The notes beneath the pieces are model-generated. The model worked only from the letters and a program-made list of their open reading frames with translations, was not told where the DNA came from and ran no database searches. A DNA stretch of 63,649 nt, the filler included, from Aduncisulcus paluster (Eukaryota): assembly GCA_024181965.1 (NCBI GenBank). It is 6 parts of 6 records of this genome, joined end to end, with 100 filler letters (N's around TTAATTAATTAA, not from the genome) between each part and the next. Parts side by side here need not be neighbours in the genome. Positions count along the whole stretch, not along the records: positions 1 to 24,536 come from BQXS01012444.1; 5 more parts are not named here. The stretch is one strand, 5' to 3'. The position numbers and the translations under genes were made by a program. This document shows positions 1 through 10,220 of the stretch, piece by piece (the stretch's first letter is position 1; the number at the start of each line of letters is the position of its first letter).

Positions 1-403
1 ATTGTAAAAGATCGAGCAGGGCAATCCCGAGGGAAAGAGTTGTTTGAATAGAAAAACGTCGTTGAGGTTGGGAATTCTTTAGTTTTAAAATATCATTTCC
101 AAGTAATGTAGTTACAAAATAATTACACTTTGAAGTTCGACCGATATCAATAAGTGGAGGAACAGCCCTACACCGAAGAGTCTGTAATTGGTACATACTA
201 ATAACTTCTGTTGTCAAAAAAGATTGTTTTAAGCCATGAGGTTCACATTTTACGGCATATTTCTCTCGAGAAGAGACATGATGGCAAACAAATACTTGCC
301 CGAAGGCACCCCATCCAATTAAGTCCTCGATCTTCCATTTTTTCTCTAATACAGATCCTTTTCGTAATAATGGAGCAACTTCTTTTTTTGGTTTTGTGGT
401 CAT
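1..403 (-). CDS. Casein kinase 1 / tau-tubulin kinase (TTBK)-like kinase, N-terminal part, runs off the window edge
   Basis: Manual translation from ATG at 403, open to base 1: WKIEDLIGWGAFGQVF (Gly loop), YAVKCE (VAIK Lys), TLLGND and RFSIQTTLSLG, which are CK1/TTBK-type motifs. Not in the ORF track. Confidence 0.85.
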   Translation of the reverse strand, partial: MTTKPKKEVAPLLRKGSVLEKKWKIEDLIGWGAFGQVFVCHHVSSREKYAVKCEPHGLKQSFLTTEVISMYQLQTLRCRAVPPLIDIGRTSKCNYFVTTLLGNDILKLKNSQPQRRFSIQTTLSLGIALLDLLQ

Positions 404-640
404 TCAATCAAAACGGAAGAGGTGAGTCAAAGAAGTCGAAAATTCAAATAAATAGTATCATCTTGGATGAATTTGATATTTTGAAAAAGATTTACTTAAG
501 TTTTAAATGATTTCAAAACAAATAATATACAAATGTGGCTCAGAGAGTGTGAATATTGAAACTCCGACAAGACAAGAGAAATTGAAATGATGATCTCAGA
601 AAGAAAATAAGGAATTATATGTTTATTTACATTTTCACAC

Positions 641-1633
<993 letters not shown>

Positions 1634-2213
1634 TTATGTATTCCACTTAGAGGGCGGAAGGAAATCGAAGAAGATCATCAAAACCTGAAGATCCAAAAAT
1701 AGAATATTGTTGATGTTGGTGGCCTCCGCTAAAAAAAATCATGCAACAGCAATTATATTCATGATTATTACTAATTTGGTGGTAAATATTCAACAATTAA
1801 ACATAAGTTCTTCCAGATCAGATAATGACAACGAGTCAATTAAGAGCTCAATAACAAGTAAACAAATACTAGTAATTTTATTTTCCGAAATATTTTGTTG
1901 TGATATCGATTACTAAGCCGAGGAATAAATTGAGTTGCAAAAGGAGAATTCACTTATTATATTCCATATCCTCTCCAATATTGAGATCTTAGTGTGTAAA
2001 TATTGTTGTTATTGACTTTTAATTGAACTGTATATTCATGTTTCTATATGATATGGATTCGAAACCTGTAAAATGCGAATCTGAACAAATACTTTCAATG
2101 TAAAAACAAATTTTATTTATAATTTCCCATTTAAAATGTTATTTTGGAATATAATTGAATTTCATCCATAGTATAAAGAAGATACTGTAAAGCTCCCTCT
2201 TTGACCACTCAAA

Positions 2214-2696
2214 ATGGCTGACGGAAAAGACTTAAAACAACCTTCAAATGATGATTTTGTATGTGTTCATTTTTTTAAATTTATTTTCTGTTTTTGAATT
2301 TGTTTAATCCGATGTTCTCTAATTCTTTATATTCCCTCTATATCTTACTTTTAGGCACAACTACAAGCTGAATTATCAAAAAGGATAGAAAAGGCTGCTG
2401 TTCATGGACTGCCAGTTAACAAAAATGCTTTACTTAGACGAATTGTTCAAGAAAAGGGTCAATTCTTTGATTCTGCAGAATATGTACTTCATAAAGGCTG
2501 GCCTAGATCTGGTGGTTCCACCAAAGCACCTACTGCCCCTGCTTCTGAGACTTCTGGAAAAGAAGGTCAACTTCCTGCATATTTTACCAAACCTTCTCAT
2601 GAATCTGCCCCTTCTCGTTCAAGAATGGCTTCAAGCAGGTTTTCTGCTGGTGCTGAGCCTGAAGAAGAGGAGGAAGAGGAAGAGGAATCAAGTTAA
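2214..2696 (+). CDS. ENSA: Endosulfine/ARPP-19/Igo-family PP2A-B55 inhibitor; 2 exons (2214-2258, 2355-2696), 128 aa
   Basis: Phase-0 intron 2259-2354 (GTATGT...CTAAT...TTTTAG). Spliced product contains HGLPVNKNALLRRIVQEKGQFFDSAEY, matching the endosulfine FDS(G/A)DY motif. Confidence 0.8.
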
Positions 2697-3032
2697 TTTT
2701 TTCTTCTTTGATGATCTCATTTCTTTAAAAATTTACAAAATAAATAAAAGGTAATCTGGATTTTTTTTCTGTTTTTTATTGGATATTGTAGGTTTAATTA
2801 CAATTGTTCATTTCCATGGGAGATGAAAAAAAATTCTCTCAATTTCTTTCGTGTTGTTATAGATATCAAGATCAACTAAAATATTTGTATGTCTATATAT
2901 TAATTTATTTTTCTTTGATGCCTAATTTTCTATGTTATTTGCTTATATTGTACAGTAATTTTCAATCGTAGCTATTGTGATATCTAAAGATTATTTCATT
3001 GTATTATATCAAATTTCACAAACAATTTCCAT

Positions 3033-6000
3033 ATGTCAGGTAAAGACGAACAATCTATTAAAAAAATACCAAAATCTGAAGATGAAATGAAGAAACTTGC
3101 TGGTATTCTCGAAGTTGCCTCAAATATAAATGTATCATTACCCTCGCCTCCTCTACCGCCAACTCCAAAATCAATTATTACCTCTAAACCTGTTGTATCT
3201 TCTTCGACTACCCATACTCTACATCATCTTCATACATACTCTGAATCTGAGACTCAACCAGTTCCTACCGCTGTCACGTTATCATCTCCTCCATCATTAT
3301 TGTTATCTCCCCCCGATAAGTTTGGTGATATTTACGATAAGAAATCAATCCAAGCTCTCGAGGAACTTGGTAATGAAGAAGGAATTGCTCACCGAAGAGC
3401 CCAACTCAAGGATCTCAAGAAGAAAAAGAAAATGATGGAAATGGCTGGTACCCATATATTATCTGATCGACAGCCTTATCTCCCTCCTTCTCTCCTCCAT
3501 CCCTCGCCTATTACTTCTTCATCCACAGCCCTGAAAGCTGACTCTGAAGATGGGCTTATCTTATTATCGAACCCTCTTGCAGCTCGTTCGAGAAGATATC
3601 AGAAAGGTGTTTCAAAGAGCAAGAGTAGTGGGGTAATCCTCCATTCTTCATCAAAATACAATGCCGGAAGTGGTGGCAGTAATGCAAAATCTGCAACGTT
3701 ATCTGGTTATCATCAGAGCAAGACAAGCGAGGATGTTGATCATGAATCCTGGGGTCGACTTGGACAGCGTGTTGGAATTAAAGAACATTCCTCTTCAGGC
3801 GTCAATAATCCTTCTTCTGGCATGACTAAGAGTCGATCTGCCCTTGAACAGGGAGATTGGAGGAGTTTCTCAGCCATTACTGCAGGAGATATGCTTCCAA
3901 AGATGATTTCTCCGCCTATTCCTACTTCTTCCTTCCGCACTCAAGGTCCCCCACCATCAGATCCATCCAAAGCCCATTCAGAGAGTGTTCATTCGGTCAG
4001 TGTCGATCATCACCATGCTTCTTCCCATCAGCATCAGCAACATTTGGCCCAAGATCTTTCCCTCTCTCATGGGGATATCATGAAGGAAAGGAAGTGGAAG
4101 AGAGATATTCAAGATGTTAAGAAATTCTTGGAGGGAGTCAAGAAGTATGGTGGAAATGAGAAAGATGGAAATGAGAAAGAAGAAGGAGATGGTGAGAAAG
4201 TTGGTGGAGATGAGAAAGATGAGAGAAAGAGCAAGACAGGAACAAACAAAGATGCCCCCAGAGTCCAAAGTGGTAGAGTTGTAGATAGCACTAAACAGCT
4301 GCGCCATTCTTCTTCTTCTCATGGCAAAATATCTCACACCAAGGGTAAGAGGACAACTGATACCTCATCGAAGAAAGGGCTTCCTTCAAAGGGTGAAAAT
4401 CCAGAGTCTTCATCATCATTGCGACGTAAGAAAAGAGTGTCCAGACACCAACTTACTACACAAGACCATCAACTTACTACGCAAGACCATCAGGAAGAAG
4501 CACGGGATATAGATACATCAGGCACTGCTGGTACACCTACCCCCAATGATCTTGCCATTACACCTGTGCCCTCTTTCAACGGGGATGACATTCATGCTCC
4601 TTTGATGGGAGTTATCGACACTCCAACTCCAGGCACTCCCACCACTCAGAGGGGAGGCATTCCAGATACACCTAGTCCACACTCACTCAACATTGCCGTG
4701 GGTGCTCTGAATGGCCAAGTGGAGTCGGGGCATCATGTTGTCTTGACTGGACTGAGTGGAATGGCTGAGGATGACCATGGTAAAGATAACGAGTATGAAT
4801 ACTATGACTATGAAGATGAGGGTGAGGGTGAAGTTGAGGGTGGAGGGAAAGAACATAAAGTAGAAGGAGGAGAAGAAGGAGGAGAAGAAGGAGAAAAGGA
4901 GGAAGCGATTGAGAACAAGCGACAAGCGACACATAACCAACGCTCTAGTCTTGTNNNNNNNNNNNNNNNNNNNNCACACTCACTCAACATTGCCGTGGGT
5001 GCTCTGAATGGCCAAGTGGAGTCGGGGCATCATGTTGTCTTGACTGGACTGAGTGGAATGGCTGAGGATGACCATGGTAAAGATAACGAGTATGAATACT
5101 ATGACTATGAAGATGAGGGTGAGGGTGAAGTTGAGGGTGGAGGGAAAGAACATAAAGTAGAAGGAGGAGAAGAAGGAGGAGAAGAAGGAGAAAAGGAGGA
5201 AGCGATTGAGAACAAGCGACAAGCGACACATAACCAACGCTCTAGTCTTGTGCAGTCAGGAGTATCCACTCCCTCTTCTCTCCAGGCCTCTGGTAAGAAT
5301 ATAACTGATCTAGTCGATGTCGATGATAGTTCGCGTGTTGCTCTCCTTCCAGACACTGGGGATGCAGATGGGTATGACTACGAATACTACGATGAAGAAT
5401 ATGATGTGGATGAGGGGTTGGCCGCTGAACATGGGAAGGAACAGACTCCAGGACCTATATCTGTCAGACAGGTTCGCAGTGGACAGTCGAAGCTGATCGC
5501 AACTTCCATTCCGACAAGTGCTCGACACGAAGGAAGAGGGAATGATCAAGGGAGTAATGATAGAGCCACAGAGACCATTCTTGTGGCTGCTTCAAAGGCT
5601 GCTTCAAAGGCTGCTTCAAAGGCTGCTTCAAAGGCTGCTGAAACTAACGGTGAGAAGCGAAAAGGGAAAGGAGAAAGAGAGAAGGAAACTGTTAAACCGG
5701 ATATCCGTGTTGAGAAGCTTAAGAAAGCGAATGGAACTCGCACTCGAGTCAAGAAAAAGGATTCGAGGGTTCAATCAAGGATTCACAAGATAAAGCAACG
5801 TAGGAAGCGTCCACATCGCCCAACATCTCCTGACACAGCCTCACAGTCCACATTGCCTCCTCCAACACCCTCCTATCTCACTTCCTTGATATTTTCTCAG
5901 TTCCCGTTGCTTCCTCTTGACTCTTTGATGGCTACACTGACTTCTACACTCGATGCCTCTTTTTCTATCACGCAGGGTGCTCAAAGGAAGAGAACTAACG

Positions 6001-9000
6001 CAATTGTCGAGAAAATGAAACACAAAACAGCTCTAAAGCTCAAAGAATTGGATGAATTTGATGTTAGCAAAAAGGATAATTACGGAGTTCAGCTCATTAA
6101 TTTTGTCGTTGAAAATATTAGACAAAATTCTGAGAAGAGATTGCGGGAAAGTGAACGAACTGACGACGATATTGGCTTATTCGGGAGGAATATTCAGGTC
6201 ACTGATTCTATTTTTGGGTTCACTCTGAACGGACTTGTCAAACAAGTGCAATTTCTCCAACAAAAATTGAGTGATTCAATTACCGAGAGTAGTGTTCTAA
6301 AAATAGAAATTGAGAAGATGGCAGGTGAGATCAAGCGTCAAGATGCCGAGATCCGTCGTATTAGTCGGGATCTTGTCAAGCAAGAAGCCTACACTCAATC
6401 TCAAACTCGGAAAGATCTTAAGAAATTTGTCAAGAAAGATGAGAAAATCCGCCGCAGGGTGAATTTGCTGGGTATTTTCCCCGAGAAACGTCGGAAAGAG
6501 CATGAGGAAAGAGAAAAACGAGAGAGATTGAAGAGAGACAAAGAGAGAGAGCTGGAACAGCAGAGAAGAGATTGGGAGGTTGGTCAACAGGTTCAGCGGC
6601 GCAAGAAAGAGAGGGAATGGATCGACACGATGAGAAAGATCCGTGAAGAAAAAGATAAGATTAAAGAAGAGGAGAGGAAGAAACATGATTCTTCCAACCC
6701 TGAGCGGACTGCAATTCTTGATCTGTTCGGTGCCAAGCGTGCAAACGATATTGCTCTTGAGAATATGCTTGAACGTGAAGTTGAAACTATTAGAGGGATC
6801 CAGGATCTCAACAAAGTCATCGACAAGAGAGAGGAGGATTGGATATCTGCACGCCCACCTGCTGATATTTCCTCCCCAGGTTATACTGCCCGTCTTGCCA
6901 GAACTAAGCTTCTCTCCAGTCCTCATCTTGTGGCCGAGAGAGCTGCATCCACTCTCCATCCGAGTACATCTGGACAATTGGCAGCCTCTCCTGCCATCCA
7001 GGGTGCTCTCACAGGGGAGGATCTGGATGAGTTGTCTGATAGTGAGTCTACGATGGTGTCATTCACGGGGAAACAGGCTCCAATTACACCCGGGACAACT
7101 GATTTCTCTTCTTTAATCCCTACTGTGTTCTCTTCAATCCAGCACTTTGGGAAAGCTAAGACTGTCGCTGAGGTTAATGAGATCTGGATGACTCCCAATT
7201 CTGAGATGAATCATCTATCAAAGCCTAAGAAGACAGCACAAAAGAGTGAAGGAGAGGAGAAGGTTAGACGTACTCCTCGTTCCAAACAACCAATACATCG
7301 TGCATTGGGACATATAGATTCTCCAAAAAAACTACGATTCCCTGCCAAATTATCCTTTTCTCACTCACAGAAGAAATCGTCATCCATTCGTCCCCTTTCT
7401 CTATCTCAAACTCGTACACAGTCCCATTCCTTCCTCACTTCTCTGCTTGCCTCTCTGCATCAGCATAAAGCTTCCTCTCCAAGCGAGTTGGTTGTGGATA
7501 TCTATGAAAAGAAGTATGGAATCCCTCTCGTTAAGTCAAAACTGTATTCTTTCCTGCATTTTGTTAAGGTATTCAGCACATTCGATCCCTATGTTGCTCT
7601 TTTGCTGTATGTTCTATATGATGAAGCCAGTGTGGTTGCTTACAACGTGCTCAGAAAAGTAGAACAGAAGGTCGAGATGGCCTTGTGTATCATATTTGAA
7701 AGAGAACAACGTGCAAAGAAGCTCAAAAGTCAGAATATTCGTAGTTCTCTTCAGAAGACAACGATTGAGACGGAGAGTGGGAAGAGGATGAGAAAAACAG
7801 AAGTAGCTTCGCCTGTTACAACCACTAACGTCTCCATGAATCCTTCACTGCCTACCTTTATATCGAGGCCCGTGAGACAAAAGGTTGGTTTGTTGATGAC
7901 ACACGGGGATCTTCGTGAAGAGGTGTGGATTAATGTTGTACGAATGCTTTTCCCAGGCCCTACCAATGGTACTTCGTCGGGGACTACAAATTGGAGGGAT
8001 ATTTCAACATTACCAAGTGATGAAGCACGATTGATTGTGACATATGTTATCAAGGATCTTGGAGCTGCCACTTCATTGTCGAAAAATGTGACCACCGCTC
8101 GTCTTGTCGCCATTATTCAGTTCTTCTTCCTTGATAAACACATGAAACTGATAGCCCCTCTGTCACATCTTTTCTCTCACACTTCCACTGATGCTCGAGG
8201 AGTCATTAGTACAAAGTTGTTTAGGAAATTATTATACGAATTATTATATCCTCTTGTCCACACTCTCCTTAATCATGGATCGAGTGGAGATAATGCCTTA
8301 GATGTCCTTGGAATGTCCTCAAGGTTGATGTTTTCTCGTTATCTTGATGATAATTTCAAGGCAAAACCTACACCAAGTATTCAGCATCTTGGGACAAAGA
8401 AAGAAGTCAGTCTGTTTAGATTCTTGGAAGATAAGGTGGAGAAAGCCGTTCTTCGGGCTGACCCTAAACACTGTGAGGATGTTTCTTTTGCTATGTGTGT
8501 ACGGGGTGTGTTGCCAGAAATGGCTCAACTTCAGCAAAACATCGAGGACATGCGTAGAGAACGCCAACAACATTTCCTATCACAAAGAGTTGTTGAAGAA
8601 GAGCATAATGGAGCGAGCAGTGAGGAAGATGGAAAGGAGAGAATCGGTCACTCACACTTCTCTCGTGTTGCATCACAGGTTCCAGCAAGAACAAGGAATG
8701 GCATTGGAGAGGAAGAAATGGATGATGATATGGGTCCAATTCTGTACGAACCAAAGCATCAGGCCACTCACTCATTCGTCACCTTTGATAATCCACAAGA
8801 TCACTCTCGTATTGCTCCATCTGGATCAACTGTTCATTCTATCATACACAGCTCTGGGCCTGACATTCAACAGGATGTTCCCCCCTCATATGTGGGTCAA
8901 GATACCACACATATTCCTCGACACCCTGGGACTTTCTCATCATCTTCCTTGCATCCCCATCTCTACTCTGAATTGCCTCATCGAGATGAACAAGATAGTG

Positions 9001-9266
9001 CACCGGTGTCAAAGAGTTTGATTGGAACAACAGTCCAGGCCACCATTGATGATCCAACTCTGCCTAGAGCAGGGACACAGCATCATTCCTCTGTGAGATC
9101 TCAGCAACAATTGGTCAGTGATGCATCACACCTTCCTGGGGGCCAAACAGCGAGTACAGGGTCCTCTGAAGAAGAATATGAGTATGAATACCAGTATCAT
9201 TATGAAGAAACTCATACACAATCGAGGACAAACAATGGGATGTTCATTGGGAAACCTGTCGAATGA
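3033..9266 (+). CDS. Large low-complexity/coiled-coil protein with a helical, possibly EF-hand-like C-terminal region (weakly TSNAXIP1-like); true length about 99 aa shorter because of a gap-flanking duplication
   Basis: Long ORF with K/E/R-rich coiled coil; IYEKKYG..LYSFLHFVK..DPYVALLLYVL segment; 4678-4954 is repeated at 4975-5251 across a 20-N gap. The ORF is well supported; the family label is weak. Confidence 0.7.
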   Translation: MSGKDEQSIKKIPKSEDEMKKLAGILEVASNINVSLPSPPLPPTPKSIITSKPVVSSSTTHTLHHLHTYSESETQPVPTAVTLSSPPSLLLSPPDKFGDIYDKKSIQALEELGNEEGIAHRRAQLKDLKKKKKMMEMAGTHILSDRQPYLPPSLLHPSPITSSSTALKADSEDGLILLSNPLAARSRRYQKGVSKSKSSGVILHSSSKYNAGSGGSNAKSATLSGYHQSKTSEDVDHESWGRLGQRVGIKEHSSSGVNNPSSGMTKSRSALEQGDWRSFSAITAGDMLPKMISPPIPTSSFRTQGPPPSDPSKAHSESVHSVSVDHHHASSHQHQQHLAQDLSLSHGDIMKERKWKRDIQDVKKFLEGVKKYGGNEKDGNEKEEGDGEKVGGDEKDERKSKTGTNKDAPRVQSGRVVDSTKQLRHSSSSHGKISHTKGKRTTDTSSKKGLPSKGENPESSSSLRRKKRVSRHQLTTQDHQLTTQDHQEEARDIDTSGTAGTPTPNDLAITPVPSFNGDDIHAPLMGVIDTPTPGTPTTQRGGIPDTPSPHSLNIAVGALNGQVESGHHVVLTGLSGMAEDDHGKDNEYEYYDYEDEGEGEVEGGGKEHKVEGGEEGGEEGEKEEAIENKRQATHNQRSSLXXXXXXXXHSLNIAVGALNGQVESGHHVVLTGLSGMAEDDHGKDNEYEYYDYEDEGEGEVEGGGKEHKVEGGEEGGEEGEKEEAIENKRQATHNQRSSLVQSGVSTPSSLQASGKNITDLVDVDDSSRVALLPDTGDADGYDYEYYDEEYDVDEGLAAEHGKEQTPGPISVRQVRSGQSKLIATSIPTSARHEGRGNDQGSNDRATETILVAASKAASKAASKAASKAAETNGEKRKGKGEREKETVKPDIRVEKLKKANGTRTRVKKKDSRVQSRIHKIKQRRKRPHRPTSPDTASQSTLPPPTPSYLTSLIFSQFPLLPLDSLMATLTSTLDASFSITQGAQRKRTNAIVEKMKHKTALKLKELDEFDVSKKDNYGVQLINFVVENIRQNSEKRLRESERTDDDIGLFGRNIQVTDSIFGFTLNGLVKQVQFLQQKLSDSITESSVLKIEIEKMAGEIKRQDAEIRRISRDLVKQEAYTQSQTRKDLKKFVKKDEKIRRRVNLLGIFPEKRRKEHEEREKRERLKRDKERELEQQRRDWEVGQQVQRRKKEREWIDTMRKIREEKDKIKEEERKKHDSSNPERTAILDLFGAKRANDIALENMLEREVETIRGIQDLNKVIDKREEDWISARPPADISSPGYTARLARTKLLSSPHLVAERAASTLHPSTSGQLAASPAIQGALTGEDLDELSDSESTMVSFTGKQAPITPGTTDFSSLIPTVFSSIQHFGKAKTVAEVNEIWMTPNSEMNHLSKPKKTAQKSEGEEKVRRTPRSKQPIHRALGHIDSPKKLRFPAKLSFSHSQKKSSSIRPLSLSQTRTQSHSFLTSLLASLHQHKASSPSELVVDIYEKKYGIPLVKSKLYSFLHFVKVFSTFDPYVALLLYVLYDEASVVAYNVLRKVEQKVEMALCIIFEREQRAKKLKSQNIRSSLQKTTIETESGKRMRKTEVASPVTTTNVSMNPSLPTFISRPVRQKVGLLMTHGDLREEVWINVVRMLFPGPTNGTSSGTTNWRDISTLPSDEARLIVTYVIKDLGAATSLSKNVTTARLVAIIQFFFLDKHMKLIAPLSHLFSHTSTDARGVISTKLFRKLLYELLYPLVHTLLNHGSSGDNALDVLGMSSRLMFSRYLDDNFKAKPTPSIQHLGTKKEVSLFRFLEDKVEKAVLRADPKHCEDVSFAMCVRGVLPEMAQLQQNIEDMRRERQQHFLSQRVVEEEHNGASSEEDGKERIGHSHFSRVASQVPARTRNGIGEEEMDDDMGPILYEPKHQATHSFVTFDNPQDHSRIAPSGSTVHSIIHSSGPDIQQDVPPSYVGQDTTHIPRHPGTFSSSSLHPHLYSELPHRDEQDSAPVSKSLIGTTVQATIDDPTLPRAGTQHHSSVRSQQQLVSDASHLPGGQTASTGSSEEEYEYEYQYHYEETHTQSRTNNGMFIGKPVE
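5585..5639 (+). repeat. Coding minisatellite (GGCTGCTTCAAA)x4.5 encoding AASK repeats
   Basis: Perfect 12-bp tandem repeat seen directly. Confidence 0.95.
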
Positions 9267-9601
9267 CTTGGGATTGAAGATTATTGAGATTGATCGAATT
9301 GTTGAGTTGATCAGCAATTGAAATAGATCCTATCTTGTTGGTATTCCGGCATTCTTCTCGATCGACAATGTGCTTTTCGATGACGATAAAATTATTTTAA
9401 TATTTATTTCAAACAAAATGCGCACTTTTTTGTGTGTTTTAACGGTATTTCTTGTCTGATAATGGCTGTAAAACTTCGGTTTGTGAAACGCCTTCACATT
9501 CGTTGGAATAATAATAATTACGTGGATGTTTTATAAAATAGTTGAAATATGATAAGAAATCGATGTAGATAATTTGAATAAAACGTAATTTCATTCAAGT
9601 T

Positions 9602-10075
9602 TCATGAAGATACCGATGTAATGAAAAACTTTAATGCATATAAACCACAAATATGAGTATGTGACCAATTTTCAGAGCATTTTATCCTACATTTTACAAC
9701 ATTATCCAACCCAACGGGAAGTAAATGCCATTCCTCCTCGGATGTCATTCGATCAACAAAATAAGTGCGTTCACAAATTGTTTTATCATGAGTTTCAAAT
9801 GTGATCTCTAATGTTTTTGGTTGGGAATCATCCGGACACGAACAAAATAAGATGTCTGAAATGTGACTTGGTGTAACAAACCCAATGTCGAGGTAATAGA
9901 ACTGAATAGAGCCAGACCCTTCTTGAATAAAGGATTGGAATTTTGATCTATCTCGAAGAGATGGAAACATTCCTCTAGACGACTCTAATGCGATGGAAGC
10001 AGTTGGTTTCTCTAAATAGCTTGATATAGGATTAGAATCGCCATCGGATGTTGTTATTGAAATTGAATTTATCAT
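9602..10075 (-). CDS. Single-domain member of a lineage-specific ~150-aa beta-sandwich (possibly DOC/APC10- or galactose-binding-like) family
   Basis: PKTLEITF...WHLLPVGLDNVVKCRIKC pattern shared with repeats in 10221-13046 and 13923-17433. The fold is inferred. Confidence 0.65.
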   Translation of the reverse strand: MINSISITTSDGDSNPISSYLEKPTASIALESSRGMFPSLRDRSKFQSFIQEGSGSIQFYYLDIGFVTPSHISDILFCSCPDDSQPKTLEITFETHDKTICERTYFVDRMTSEEEWHLLPVGLDNVVKCRIKCSENWSHTHICGLYALKFFITSVSS

Positions 10076-10220
10076 TTTATCTTTGTGATATACGGTTTTT
10101 TGTTATTTCCAAACTATATTCAGGAGAAAATCGCAAAATGAAATTTTCCCTTTTTTTTGTCAGACTCTGACAGTCAGAGAAAGATTAAATTCCCTAGTAT
10201 TTTTAATAGAGATATTTTAA

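Noticed and set aside
2404..2754. 116-aa ORF from the track
   Set aside because: Wrong frame; it overlaps exon 2 of the endosulfine gene.
4678..5251. Direct repeats flanking 20-N gaps (also 17578-18037, 27856-28393, 36458-36957)
   Set aside because: Each pair abuts the gap exactly, which indicates unmerged contig overlaps rather than biology.
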